From contig PFAD01000008.1 in the NCBI GenBank assembly GCA_002773795.1, forward strand, positions 206,481 through 270,480: 64,000 bases of DNA, read 5' to 3'. The DNA comes from Chlamydiae bacterium CG10_big_fil_rev_8_21_14_0_10_42_34 (GTDB lineage: Bacteria; Chlamydiota; Chlamydiia; Chlamydiales; SM23-39). Both the position numbers and the translations under genes were made by a program. The notes beneath the pieces were generated by a model. That model made no database searches, was not told the DNA's origin, and worked only from the letters and a program-made list of their open reading frames with translations. Positions 17,857 to 27,071 of this stretch are shown in pieces. Each line of letters begins with the position of its first letter. Position 1 is the stretch's first letter.

Positions 17857-18300
17857 TTATGAGTGCATCTCTTGTTTTGCTGGTGTATTCCTTAGGAATT
17901 CAAGCGGACTTACTGGACTACGGCTTTCTGCCAAAGCTGCACTTCTAATGTTAGAAATTTGTGAAGGACGGACTTGCAGCAATCTTTTTGTATCTTGTCT
18001 TTGAGCGTAGCATTCATAGAATGGGTAGGTTCCACACGTAATCGCAGTTAGCCCAATTGTGCTAATAAGTGCTATTGCGCGAGAGCTATTGTTAAGACAG
18101 CACATTTTGCACGCGCTTTGTTTCTCTTTTTGATATTCCATGATCCCGCTAGATCCACATAGATACTTCATTAAGCATTCACTGGCTTTTAGTTTTATTA
18201 TTTTAAAAGGTGATTTTGTGTGCTTAATTTTCTCATTAACTTTGTCTGAGAAATCTTGTGTTCTTGAATCTCGAAGCCTTGCGGCTGGTACTATAATCAT
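17857..18300 (-). CDS. Hypothetical protein (start uncertain)
   Basis: 147-aa ORF with one hydrophobic stretch (AIALISTIGLTAITCGTYPF) and a Cys cluster (ACKMCC). The flanks are AT-rich. Confidence 0.3.
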   Translation of the reverse strand: MIIVPAARLRDSRTQDFSDKVNEKIKHTKSPFKIIKLKASECLMKYLCGSSGIMEYQKEKQSACKMCCLNNSSRAIALISTIGLTAITCGTYPFYECYAQRQDTKRLLQVRPSQISNIRSAALAESRSPVSPLEFLRNTPAKQEMHS

Positions 18301-18437
18301 ATTATATTATCCCCGAATTAGTTATAATTAATATTATATCAAATTAATTATTAAATTAACAGCAATAATTAGGGTAATAGAGTATGTTGTATGAAAGTAT
18401 GTAAATCTTAGTTGTTATTGGGATAAGGAGGGAATAT

Positions 18438-18519
18438 TGCCCAGAATAGGACTCGAACCTACACGCCTTGCGGCACCAGAACCTAAATCTGGCATGTCTA
18501 CCAATTTCACCATCTGGGC
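18438..18519 (-). tRNA. tRNA-Leu (anticodon TAG)
   Basis: I folded the cloverleaf by hand: acceptor GCCCAGA/TCTGGGC, anticodon stem CCAGA/TCTGG with loop TTTAGGT, long variable arm, T-loop TTCGAGT. No CCA is encoded. Confidence 0.85.
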
Positions 18520-18699
18520 AAAAAGAAGAGTTTATGCTGCCGGCCCCTTTAATTCAATCACTTATCTTAAAATCCCTTCGACCCACAGTTTTCCTCTTTA
18601 ATAACGGGATGATCTGAAATGCGTGGGTATTTGAATTTATGTATATTAATTTCGTGATTTGTTATAATATTTATAATTAAACTATTAAATGGATTATAT

Positions 18700-19548
18700 A
18701 TGTCTACTTGTGGCTGTTTATCACGTTTGGGGTATCGTTTAGGGTTTTCTGATTACAAAGGGCGCTCAGATTTATACCCCCAGGTTGAGCTTAAAGCGTG
18801 TGAACTTGAGTCTTCTAAAGATAAAATAGATCAAAAGATCTGTGATTATATAGATGAAAAGGACTTTCTGAAATTCAAAAGAGAAAGCCTTTCTCAGCTT
18901 ATGCACCTAAAAGTTCCTGATACTGTTAAGACAGAAAAGCTAAAAATGATACAGGCGCTAGAAGAAAAAGATGTGAATGTGTTAAGCGATTGCCTTGTGT
19001 CACGAGGCCATCTCAGCTTTTTTTTCGATGTAGTTACATGGCCTGTCCGCATTCCTTCACGTCTTATTTTAAAAGCTTGCGGCTACTCACCTATGGTTAA
19101 AAAAACTGCAGTAAATTTGAAGATTCAAGAGGAGATCTCTTTCCTTGAGGCAGTAAACAGAGAAATGAATCGTAGAATTTTGAAGTTGGATCGTTCGGGG
19201 ATTGAATCTGTGTTAGATGGACTTAAATTAGCTCTTATCTCTCCAGATTTAGAGAAAAACCCGTACGTTCAAAAGTATGTTATTGGAAAAGGAAAAGATT
19301 TTGATGCAGCGCCTAAAGCAGAAAAAGTTGAAGAAAAAAAGGATGGGGGATTTGAAAGTCAGATTATCCAGCAACTTCTTGGACAAATTTGCCCTAACGG
19401 CATTGATAATGCAATTTCATCTGCATTCGCAACCAAAGAACCCAGAATTGTCCTCTTTCATCATTTGACCCAACAGCTATCTGCTGAGCAAAAACAGCAA
19501 GTGCATCAAGCGATGGGAGAAGATTTGGTTAGTAAGCTCTTTTGTTGA
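18700..19548 (+). CDS. Hypothetical protein
   Basis: 282-aa unopposed ORF. The N-terminus is MSTCGCLSRL and the C-terminus is ...SKLFC. I recognise no domain. Confidence 0.5.
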   Translation: MSTCGCLSRLGYRLGFSDYKGRSDLYPQVELKACELESSKDKIDQKICDYIDEKDFLKFKRESLSQLMHLKVPDTVKTEKLKMIQALEEKDVNVLSDCLVSRGHLSFFFDVVTWPVRIPSRLILKACGYSPMVKKTAVNLKIQEEISFLEAVNREMNRRILKLDRSGIESVLDGLKLALISPDLEKNPYVQKYVIGKGKDFDAAPKAEKVEEKKDGGFESQIIQQLLGQICPNGIDNAISSAFATKEPRIVLFHHLTQQLSAEQKQQVHQAMGEDLVSKLFC

Positions 19549-19550
19549 TG

Positions 19551-20012
19551 TTATTTATCAACGGCGTCGTAGACGGGTCTCGCAGTAAAGCCCACTTCAC
19601 GGATCGCAAAAATGACTTGTGCAATCGGTTCCCAGGGCGCTTTTCTATCAATATGTAAGAGAACTTCAGTTTTTGTTTTATCTTGAGGCAAAACCCCCAT
19701 TTGATACTGGCGTGCGAGCTCTTCTTGAATCGCTTCTATAGTTTGCATTGGGTATTCTTGAAATTCTGTAAGCCACTTAAATGACCCATTTTCTGCAATG
19801 CTTAGACTGATTTGCTCAATCTCTTTTGCCCTGAGCGATGCAGCCCCTTTTTCAGGTTTTAATTCCACGAGCTCCACTTCGGTGTCGTATAGAGCGGCTC
19901 TCGAGATGGCAAGGGTTGCAAAAAGGGCCAACATGAGGAACAAAAAGTCGATCATGGGGGCAAAGTTGAAGTTTTGAGAAGGCTTTAGCTCGTCGTGGGG
20001 GATCAGCTCCAT
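19551..20012 (-). CDS. tolR: ExbD/TolR family biopolymer transport protein
   Basis: Single N-terminal TM with NFAPMIDFLFLMLALFA. It lies 3 nt downstream of tolQ. Confidence 0.8.
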   Translation of the reverse strand: MELIPHDELKPSQNFNFAPMIDFLFLMLALFATLAISRAALYDTEVELVELKPEKGAASLRAKEIEQISLSIAENGSFKWLTEFQEYPMQTIEAIQEELARQYQMGVLPQDKTKTEVLLHIDRKAPWEPIAQVIFAIREVGFTARPVYDAVDK

Positions 20013-20015
20013 GGA

Positions 20016-20648
20016 TTACTTCCTTATGAGGGCGCTTAAGTTGAGCGCTTCATTTTCAACAAGGCTTAAGGTGCGCACGACTCGGTACTTTAATGTAGCG
20101 TGAAAAATCATCGCTAAGATCGCAACAATGAGTCCCATTACAGTGGTTCCAACGGCAATTCCCAACCCATCAAAAAGAGAGTTGATACTTTCAATGGAGC
20201 GGTTCACGTCGTAAAAGGCATAAAACATCCCGATTACTGTTCCAAGGAGACCTAGCATAGGGGCGATGATGACGATATCGTTGAGGAGCGAAAGGCGCTG
20301 CCAAAATGAGGTAGAGGCCCTTTTGCCTTCGGATTTCATCGAATCAATCATGATTTGAGGGCCGAATGCGCGGGTTGTGAGTCCCATTTTTACTAGAGTT
20401 GAGAGGAGATTTTCTTTTGTAGCGCAGAGAAGGTGGGCTTTTTCGTACTGCTCTTGTTGCAAGAGGTCTCGAAGTTCGCTGCGAAAATTTTCCGGCATAA
20501 TGTCTTTCGTTCGGAAGGTGAGTAGGCTATAAATCCAAATGCCCATTGAGGCAATCGACATCAGAGCGAGCAAAACGTAGATCACGGGCGCTGAGCTAAA
20601 CACAGATTTTAAATCAATCAGCTGTTGGGCAGCTAGTACATCAAACAT
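20016..20648 (-). CDS. tolQ: MotA/TolQ/ExbB proton channel protein
   Basis: Three TM segments. The conserved APMLGLLGTVIGMFYAF...GIAVGTTVMGLIVAI region is present. Confidence 0.85.
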   Translation of the reverse strand: MFDVLAAQQLIDLKSVFSSAPVIYVLLALMSIASMGIWIYSLLTFRTKDIMPENFRSELRDLLQQEQYEKAHLLCATKENLLSTLVKMGLTTRAFGPQIMIDSMKSEGKRASTSFWQRLSLLNDIVIIAPMLGLLGTVIGMFYAFYDVNRSIESINSLFDGLGIAVGTTVMGLIVAILAMIFHATLKYRVVRTLSLVENEALNLSALIRK

Positions 20649-20723
20649 CGAAACCTCCTAAAAATAACGAATCTAACAATTCGGGGTGGAATTAGGCAAG
20701 AAAATCCACTATAATCTAGCCTT

Positions 20724-21365
20724 GTGAAAACAGCAAAAGATTTAAAAATTCCTTTTACCTGGGAACAAAGGCGTCCCATTTTCATGGATCGGTTTTTCTA
20801 TATTCCGAGCCATTACGATTATAAGCAAGAGACAATCCCTTTTTTTCAAAAAACGCAGCCGATCATCATCGAATATTGTAGTGGCAATGGTCAGTGGATC
20901 GGGGATAGAGCTTTGCAAAATCCAGAGATCAACTGGATCGCTGTCGATAAAAGATTTGAAAGAGCCCGAAAAGTTTGGCTTAAAACCTATCGAGAAAACA
21001 TACCCAATTTGACTGTCGTCTGTGGCGAGGCAAGCACATTTACAAAGTTTTATGCTCCGCAAGCTGAAGAGATTTATGTTAACTTTCCCGATCCATGGCC
21101 TAAGCTCCGTCATGCAAAAAACCGTCTGATTCAAGTCGAATTTCTCAACGACCTTCTTAAGATTTTAAAGCCTCATGGACGGGCTACTTGCGTGACTGAT
21201 GATGCAACGTACGCGACGCAAATGATGGAAGAATTTAGTAAATGCCCCGAATGGAAAAAACTTTTTCATCTCAACCAATGGCCAGATTATGGCAAATCTT
21301 TTTTTAACGACCTTTGGGAAAAAAGGGGAAGAACCTTTCACTACCTATCTTTTGAGAAAATATGA
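20724..21365 (+). CDS. trmB: tRNA (guanine46-N7)-methyltransferase
   Basis: IIEYCSGNGQW, WIAVDKRFERARK and VNFPDPWPKLRHAKNRL match TrmB. The start codon is GTG. Confidence 0.85.
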   Translation: MKTAKDLKIPFTWEQRRPIFMDRFFYIPSHYDYKQETIPFFQKTQPIIIEYCSGNGQWIGDRALQNPEINWIAVDKRFERARKVWLKTYRENIPNLTVVCGEASTFTKFYAPQAEEIYVNFPDPWPKLRHAKNRLIQVEFLNDLLKILKPHGRATCVTDDATYATQMMEEFSKCPEWKKLFHLNQWPDYGKSFFNDLWEKRGRTFHYLSFEKI

Positions 21366-22153
21366 AATTATCTGCTAAACCACACGACGATCTAAATTGG
21401 CAAATTGAGGGAAATCCAGAAGTTTTTGAATTCGATTTGGGACTCAATGACCCTTACTTTCCTTTAGAGGACGAATTATATTTTCAGTCCATTTGTGCAG
21501 GTTTAACCCATTTTACAAATGAAATCTGGCCCCGTTTTCCTGAGTCGAAGGCGATTCTTTATCGCGGCAAGGGAGATTTTAGTTCTTTTTTTAGTTGGTC
21601 AGAAAGACAATTGGCCAATTATCAGGTCTGGAAAGAAGATCGTCCTCAAGGTTCGGAGGATCATCTTAAGCGCCTTTTTTGTGCAGAAAGCTTTGTCACA
21701 TACTTCCAAATGCTTGCCCATAGGCTCCCCGATGAGCTCCCATTGAGTATCATTGTGGACCCAAATCAAACAGGCACGCTTGCCCAGACGCTTCACCTAT
21801 TTTCTCCTGAAAGATTTGAGCATTTTACTCTCGATACAGGCTTGAAGTTTGAATCTACAGTTGGGGTCTGCTTTCCAGCAGATTCTGAGTGTAGCTCTGA
21901 TGTGATTGAAAAAATAGATAGGTTATTGAGCTCTCTTCCCTCATTTAGGCCCGTATACGAACCGCTTCTCACAGAGCAATGGGAGGGTCTTGACGATCTG
22001 ATTGTGATCCCAGAGGCAGTAACTGCTCAAGGCAAAAGAAAGTTGATGGGGTTTGTCGCTGCGGGTGGAAATGTGATTGAGTTGGATGATTTTGAAATTC
22101 GGGGCAGAGGGATTCGAACCCCCGACCTACTGGTCCCAAACCAGCCGCGCTAG
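21362..22153 (+). CDS. Hypothetical protein
   Basis: 263 aa. Its start overlaps the trmB stop (ATGA). The last 55 nt or so run antisense through tRNA-Pro. Confidence 0.5.
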   Translation: MKLSAKPHDDLNWQIEGNPEVFEFDLGLNDPYFPLEDELYFQSICAGLTHFTNEIWPRFPESKAILYRGKGDFSSFFSWSERQLANYQVWKEDRPQGSEDHLKRLFCAESFVTYFQMLAHRLPDELPLSIIVDPNQTGTLAQTLHLFSPERFEHFTLDTGLKFESTVGVCFPADSECSSDVIEKIDRLLSSLPSFRPVYEPLLTEQWEGLDDLIVIPEAVTAQGKRKLMGFVAAGGNVIELDDFEIRGRGIRTPDLLVPNQPR

Positions 22154-22173
22154 CCAAGCTGCGCTATGCCCCG
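22099..22173 (-). tRNA. tRNA-Pro (anticodon TGG)
   Basis: Hand-folded: acceptor CGGGGCA/TGCCCCG, D-stem GCGC/GCGC, anticodon stem GCTGG/CCAGT with loop TTTGGGA, T-loop TTCGAAT. Confidence 0.85.
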
Positions 22174-22259
22174 TTAAATAAGTGCATTAAGCTTAACAAA
22201 ATCGAATATTACTTGTCATCTGTAATTTTTTTTGCAATGCTGTGCTCAAGGAGTCCATC

Positions 22260-23816
22260 ATGAGCTTTACCAAGTCCCCCTCGTTTCAAGTCTTACGTCA
22301 CCTAGCAAAACACCCCTTTGATTTAACTACAGGGCTTACCCCAGAAAGAATCTCAAAGATGACTGTTGATGCAGTTGGCTTTAAGCTCCTTTATGGAGCA
22401 GAGAGGGTAACTGATGAGGTGATGGACGCGCTCATTGGACTTGCTCGCGAGGCGAACGTACTAGAAAAAATGGCAGCCATGCAAAGTGGCGAGATGATCA
22501 ACCAAATAGAAGGATACGAAAGCGAGCACAGATCTGTTTTGCATACTGCAATGAGGGATCAGTTTGATAAGCGCCAGAGCAGCAAAACAGCAAGTGAAGC
22601 TGCTGAATGGGCTGCAAAAGAACTTCAAAAGCTTGAGAATTTTTTAGCGAAAACAGAGGGGCGCTTTACCGATTTAGTGCAAATTGGAATTGGGGGATCA
22701 GATTTAGGTCCAAGAGCTCTTGCAATCGCGCTTCAGGCGTACCATCTTCCGAATCATCGCGTTCACTTTATCTCTAATGTGGATCCAGATGATGCTAATG
22801 CAGTGCTTGCTAATCTTGATCTCAAAAAGACGTTAGTTGTCGTGGTTTCAAAGTCGGGCAATACTTTAGAGACGCTCACAAACGAAGAGTTTGTACGCGC
22901 CCGTATGGTTAAAATTGGGCTGAACCCAAAGGATCATTTTGTCGCTGTTACCGGGGCAAAAAGTCCGATGGACAACCCTTCTCGTTATCTTGCTTCGTTT
23001 TACATTTGGGACTTTGTTGGAGGCAGATATTCTGCAACTTCCATGGTGGGAGCTGTTATGCTCGGCTTTGCTTTAGGCTTTAATGGGTTTAAAGAGATTT
23101 TGCGTGGAGCTCACGATATGGACGTGCATGCGTTAAGCGCAAAGCCAACCGAGAATTTACCCCTTCTTTCGGCATTGCTTGGTATTTGGAATCGAAACTT
23201 TCTCAATTTGCCAACAGTTGCAATCATCCCTTATTCACAGGCTCTTTTACGTTTTCCGGCCCATTTACAGCAGCTGGATATGGAATCGAATGGAAAAAGG
23301 ATTGATAAACTAGGCCATGTTGCCGATTTTTCGACGGGCCCAATCATTTGGGGCGAGCCGGGGACCAATGGGCAGCACTCTTTTTATCAGTTGATCCATC
23401 AAGGGACAAATGTTGTTCCTCTAGAGTTCATTGGTTTTCATAAGAGCCAATACCAGCGTGATCTGAAAATTGAGCTCACAACTTCTCAAGAAAAACTCCT
23501 TTCGAATCTTTTTGCCCAATCGATTGCTCTAGCAGTGGGACAAAAAAGTGACAATCCGAATAAATTTTTCCCAGGAAATAGGCCTAATCGAATTTTACTT
23601 GGTGATCAACTCACTCCATATACCTTAGGGGCACTGCTCTCTTATTATGAAAATAAGGTAGCGTTCCAAGGGTTTGTTTGGAATATCAATTCGTTTGATC
23701 AAGAAGGGGTTCAGCTTGGTAAGAAACTTGCTACCAAGATGCTCTCTTTGTTCGCTGGAAAAAAAGAGTCTTTCCCTCTTGGAGAAGCTTACTTTAAATT
23801 TTTACGAAATGATTGA
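22260..23816 (+). CDS. pgi: Glucose-6-phosphate isomerase
   Basis: Family motifs IGIGGSDLGP, VSKSGNTLET and GQHSFYQLIHQG are present. I start it at MSFTKSP because AAGGAG lies 6 nt upstream of that ATG. Confidence 0.9.
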   Translation: MSFTKSPSFQVLRHLAKHPFDLTTGLTPERISKMTVDAVGFKLLYGAERVTDEVMDALIGLAREANVLEKMAAMQSGEMINQIEGYESEHRSVLHTAMRDQFDKRQSSKTASEAAEWAAKELQKLENFLAKTEGRFTDLVQIGIGGSDLGPRALAIALQAYHLPNHRVHFISNVDPDDANAVLANLDLKKTLVVVVSKSGNTLETLTNEEFVRARMVKIGLNPKDHFVAVTGAKSPMDNPSRYLASFYIWDFVGGRYSATSMVGAVMLGFALGFNGFKEILRGAHDMDVHALSAKPTENLPLLSALLGIWNRNFLNLPTVAIIPYSQALLRFPAHLQQLDMESNGKRIDKLGHVADFSTGPIIWGEPGTNGQHSFYQLIHQGTNVVPLEFIGFHKSQYQRDLKIELTTSQEKLLSNLFAQSIALAVGQKSDNPNKFFPGNRPNRILLGDQLTPYTLGALLSYYENKVAFQGFVWNINSFDQEGVQLGKKLATKMLSLFAGKKESFPLGEAYFKFLRND

Positions 23817-24881
23817 TCCATTTTGGATTTGAATATGGCGCCCTTCATTTAAAAAAATGTGGGGCGTAGTGATAAAAACTTGTCCCAATTCATCGAGCGA
23901 ACTACGCAAGAGTTTTTGTCTCGATTCATCTAAATGTAGGCCTAGATCATCAATCCCCATCAAAGCTGGCCCTGTAATTCGTTTGCAAAGCCTTTGCCAC
24001 TCTGCCATGCGCAATGCTGCGATAGCCGTTTTTTTCTGTCCTTCACTTGCAAAAAGGCGTGCTGGTTTTCCATCGATTAAAAGAGACAGATCATCGCGAT
24101 GAGGTCCTATAAGGGTCAGGCCTAGCTCCATTTCTCTTACTCTCGATTTTTGTAATTGCTTTAAGTACTCTTTTCCTTGGGAGATGTGAAAGTTCAGCTC
24201 ATGGCTTTCTTTATCTCCTGAGAGTTTTTTGCTCTGTATAAGCAAAGGCTTTTGGAGCTCATCGACCATTTCCCTGCGCGATTTTGTAATGTATTCGGCG
24301 GAATGGGCCATCTCATTTTCCCAGCAATCGAGACTCTCACTTGCTTTCGCTCGAAGAAGGCAATTGCGCTGCTTCATAGCGCGCCAAAATCTAGTTAGAT
24401 GATGCACATAAAGGGGATCACTTTGTACGAGGTGCATATTTAAGAATCTGCGCCTTTCAGTTGGGGATCCTGAAATCAGCTCGATGTCATAGGGGGTGTA
24501 TAAGACGGCAGGAAGAAGTCCTAAAAGGGGATGAAAGGTTGAATAATGATTCGCATCGAGTTGGAGTTTTCTATTTTGCCCATCGAAAGAAATCTTTACG
24601 ATCTGTGTAACGCCATCTTTGACAATTTCAGCTTCTAGAAAAAAGAAACTTTCTCCAGATCTGATGATTTCATTCAAGCGCTGCGTTCGGAAAGATCTTC
24701 CTGTTGCAATGAGGTAGATAGCTTCTAAGATATTTGTCTTTCCCTGGGCATTATCACCATAAAAGACATTGAGATTGGGACTTAAATGAACTTCCGCATC
24801 TTGGTAGTTGCGGAAGTTCTTTAAATAAACAGATTTAAGATACACTGGTTTCAGCTTCTTTGCGTGGGGCCGGAGCGTCAT
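23802..24881 (-). CDS. recF: DNA replication and repair protein RecF
   Basis: It has LKNFRNY, the Walker A GDNAQGKTNILEA, and the signature SEGQKKT. The start is uncertain: an in-frame GTG (VYLKSVYLKNF) would cut the overlap with dnaN from 47 nt to about 11 nt. Confidence 0.85.
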   Translation of the reverse strand: MTLRPHAKKLKPVYLKSVYLKNFRNYQDAEVHLSPNLNVFYGDNAQGKTNILEAIYLIATGRSFRTQRLNEIIRSGESFFFLEAEIVKDGVTQIVKISFDGQNRKLQLDANHYSTFHPLLGLLPAVLYTPYDIELISGSPTERRRFLNMHLVQSDPLYVHHLTRFWRAMKQRNCLLRAKASESLDCWENEMAHSAEYITKSRREMVDELQKPLLIQSKKLSGDKESHELNFHISQGKEYLKQLQKSRVREMELGLTLIGPHRDDLSLLIDGKPARLFASEGQKKTAIAALRMAEWQRLCKRITGPALMGIDDLGLHLDESRQKLLRSSLDELGQVFITTPHIFLNEGRHIQIQNGSIIS

Positions 24882-25974
24882 TTAAGCGCATCGGCATGAT
24901 CACAAAAAGAGCTTGAGTCGAATCGGTGATCAGACCCGGATTGTGAGGATCATTGAGCCCAAAACGGACCGTTTCGTCCTTGCTGTGTCTTAAAATATCT
25001 AAGAAAAAGTAAGGGTTAAAGGCGATTTCTAAAGTAGGTCCTGCATAGTCAACTGGCATACTCACTCTTCCCTCACCAATATCACTGCTCATTGCCGCAA
25101 GGTGCAATTGTCCTGTTTCAAAGCTAAATCGAACTGAGCTGCTTGTCTCCGAGGTAAATAGGGAGATCTGCTTCAATAAAGACATCAATTCTTCTCTGTG
25201 GATCGAAAAGTTTTGGTTCAACTTTGCAGGAATGACCCTTTCGACATCCGGGTATTGCCCTGAAAGGAGCTTCGTGATGAGTGTAAGATGTCCACTTTCC
25301 AATGAAATTTTATCATGGGCCAATGTTAAGTGAACTTCTGCATCGCTATCATCTAACATTTTGATCATCTCTTCGACAGCTTTAAGAGGGATAACATAGG
25401 TTCCTGTAACGGACGGATCGATTGCGACATTTGCAAAAGACTTTGCGAGTCTTTTCCCATCGGTTCCAATAAAGGTTGCTTTTTGATTTGCAATTTGGAC
25501 CTGAACGCCATTGAGCATATAGCGACTGTCCTCTCTTGCTGCAGAAAATGCAGTTTTAGAAAACATCTCTTTTAGATCTGAGCTAGTCAGAGTGATTTCA
25601 GGGGACCCCGCCAAATCGGGGAGAGTAGGAAACTCTGCCTTATTCATTCCATTGATCTTGAAGACCGAAGTTCCTGTCGTAATTTCTGCTGTTTCGCTAG
25701 TTTGTGCACTGATTTTAACTTGTGGAGAGGTGAGCTCGCGAACAAGTTGAAAAAATCTTCTCGCAGGCAGTGCAATTGAGCCTTCTTCAACAACTTTTGC
25801 TTCAACGTAGCAGCGCATGCTGACAGTTAAATCTGTCGCACTGACAATGAGTTGATCGTCGATGGCTTCAATGAGTACATTGGAAAGAATCGGTATGGCA
25901 GGTTTTGCAGCTACGATACTTTGAATTTTCCCAATCAGGTTGACTAGATCAATTTTAGAAATGACCGCTTTCAT
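24835..25974 (-). CDS. dnaN: DNA polymerase III beta sliding clamp
   Basis: MKAVISKIDLVNLIGKIQSIV...PILSNVLIEA is a typical DnaN N-terminus. GAGGA lies 8 nt upstream of this ATG. Confidence 0.9.
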   Translation of the reverse strand: MKAVISKIDLVNLIGKIQSIVAAKPAIPILSNVLIEAIDDQLIVSATDLTVSMRCYVEAKVVEEGSIALPARRFFQLVRELTSPQVKISAQTSETAEITTGTSVFKINGMNKAEFPTLPDLAGSPEITLTSSDLKEMFSKTAFSAAREDSRYMLNGVQVQIANQKATFIGTDGKRLAKSFANVAIDPSVTGTYVIPLKAVEEMIKMLDDSDAEVHLTLAHDKISLESGHLTLITKLLSGQYPDVERVIPAKLNQNFSIHREELMSLLKQISLFTSETSSSVRFSFETGQLHLAAMSSDIGEGRVSMPVDYAGPTLEIAFNPYFFLDILRHSKDETVRFGLNDPHNPGLITDSTQALFVIMPMRLNDAPAPRKEAETSVS

Positions 25975-26286
25975 ATGATAAATCCTCACGTAAAGTGCAA
26001 AAATAAACCATTGTGACTCAGTCTGTCAACGTTGATTTTTTCCATCTCAAATTTCTCTGCGAAAAGCTCTTATTAACCGGACATGGAAAGGGGATTTTGA
26101 GCTGTCAGTTCTTTCTTAGCGCAATCCATCGCAACTCTCGAAGTTTGCTGAATTTCAGTAGGGAAATCTTCTGGCTGGGGTTTTTATGGAGTGCTTCGTG
26201 ATGGTCATTGATTGTCAACGGTTTATATTAATTATGTATTAATATTAAAATTTTCAGTATAATTTATGTAATTAACGGAGATTACT

Positions 26287-27048
26287 GTGTATAATATCCC
26301 ATTATCTTACGTTCCTTCCTTTGCATATGAGGCGGTTTGTGGCCTTTTTTGCTGTAGAAAGCGAAATGGCAAGGAACTAGATGAGCAAGATGCAACAGTT
26401 TCATCCGCCGAGAAGGTTGCAAAAGCTTCGCTTGCAGAGCCTCAAAATGCACCCTCAGCCCAGCCTATTTGCCCTAAAGTTACTTTGTGTCCGGTTCCGC
26501 CTAAACTTACAGTTACAGATTATCCCGATAAGATACAGCCTAAACTCATTTTGAAAGACTTTCAGCCATTGAATATTTGGGAAGTAGATACAAATGGTAA
26601 GCAGTGGCCTAAGGGTGGTGCGAAATTTTTGGTCGACACCTCTACAGGGAGAAAGTATCTCAAAGAAGACACGAGTTTGATTCGGAAAAAATGTGCTGCT
26701 CTTGTTTTAGGAACGCTGGTTATTCAATCTGTGACTGCAATCTTAAACATCGCCACCCGTGTTTTTGCAATTGTAAAACTTTTGTGCTTTTGGCAAGGGG
26801 AGCTCACCTTTAAAGCTAGACTTCTTGAAACGAGGGATCATTTCTTGAAAATAATCGCAACGCCGTTTGCTTTGATAGGAATGCTGTTTGCTTCAATGTA
26901 TGGCGTGATTCGCCCTTATGATGGAAGAAAGCTTTATGCAAGCATGGAAAGGTTGGCCTACGACAGGGCTGTTTTAGCGCCTTGTTTCCAGCCAAACCCA
27001 ACGCATCATCTTTTGGGTGGGAAAATCGATGGGCAAAATGTTTGGTAA
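26287..27048 (+). CDS. Hypothetical membrane protein, orphan family member 1 (paralog of 59953..60456)
   Basis: GTG start. It shares blocks with the second copy: WEVD, (V/I)D.STG.(K/R)YL, IR(K/R)K, two hydrophobic segments, DGRKL and APCF.P....HLLGG. Confidence 0.5.
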   Translation: MYNIPLSYVPSFAYEAVCGLFCCRKRNGKELDEQDATVSSAEKVAKASLAEPQNAPSAQPICPKVTLCPVPPKLTVTDYPDKIQPKLILKDFQPLNIWEVDTNGKQWPKGGAKFLVDTSTGRKYLKEDTSLIRKKCAALVLGTLVIQSVTAILNIATRVFAIVKLLCFWQGELTFKARLLETRDHFLKIIATPFALIGMLFASMYGVIRPYDGRKLYASMERLAYDRAVLAPCFQPNPTHHLLGGKIDGQNVW

Positions 27049-27071
27049 AGGTTGATTTACCCGCTTTTCCC

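Noticed and set aside
18326-18334. The shared 9-mer ATATTAATT upstream of three orphan genes (18326..18334 on the minus strand, 18643..18651, 26225..26233) as a common regulatory element.
   Set aside because: Its distance to the candidate -10 elements and to the start codons is inconsistent (about 11 versus 24 nt to a TATAAT; 26, 49 and 54 nt to the starts). Such a 9-mer is expected by chance in these extremely AT-rich spacers.
18300-18700. The tRNA-Leu locus as an integration site of a genomic island or prophage.
   Set aside because: There is no integrase, no duplicated tRNA 3' fragment (att-like direct repeat), and no mobile-element genes within several kb on either side.
19551-20648. tolQ-tolR without tolA/tolB/pal downstream, as a possible novel two-gene motor system.
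   Set aside because: Split Tol or ExbBD clusters are common, and the partners may be encoded elsewhere. Nothing in the sequence indicates a new function.
25990-26286. The 300-bp gap upstream of dnaN as a possible replication origin (TCAACGTTGA palindrome at about 26030; TTGATTGTCAA at about 26210).
   Set aside because: I found no clustered DnaA-box-like 9-mers (TTATCCACA and close variants), and dnaA is not adjacent. Two short palindromes are not enough.
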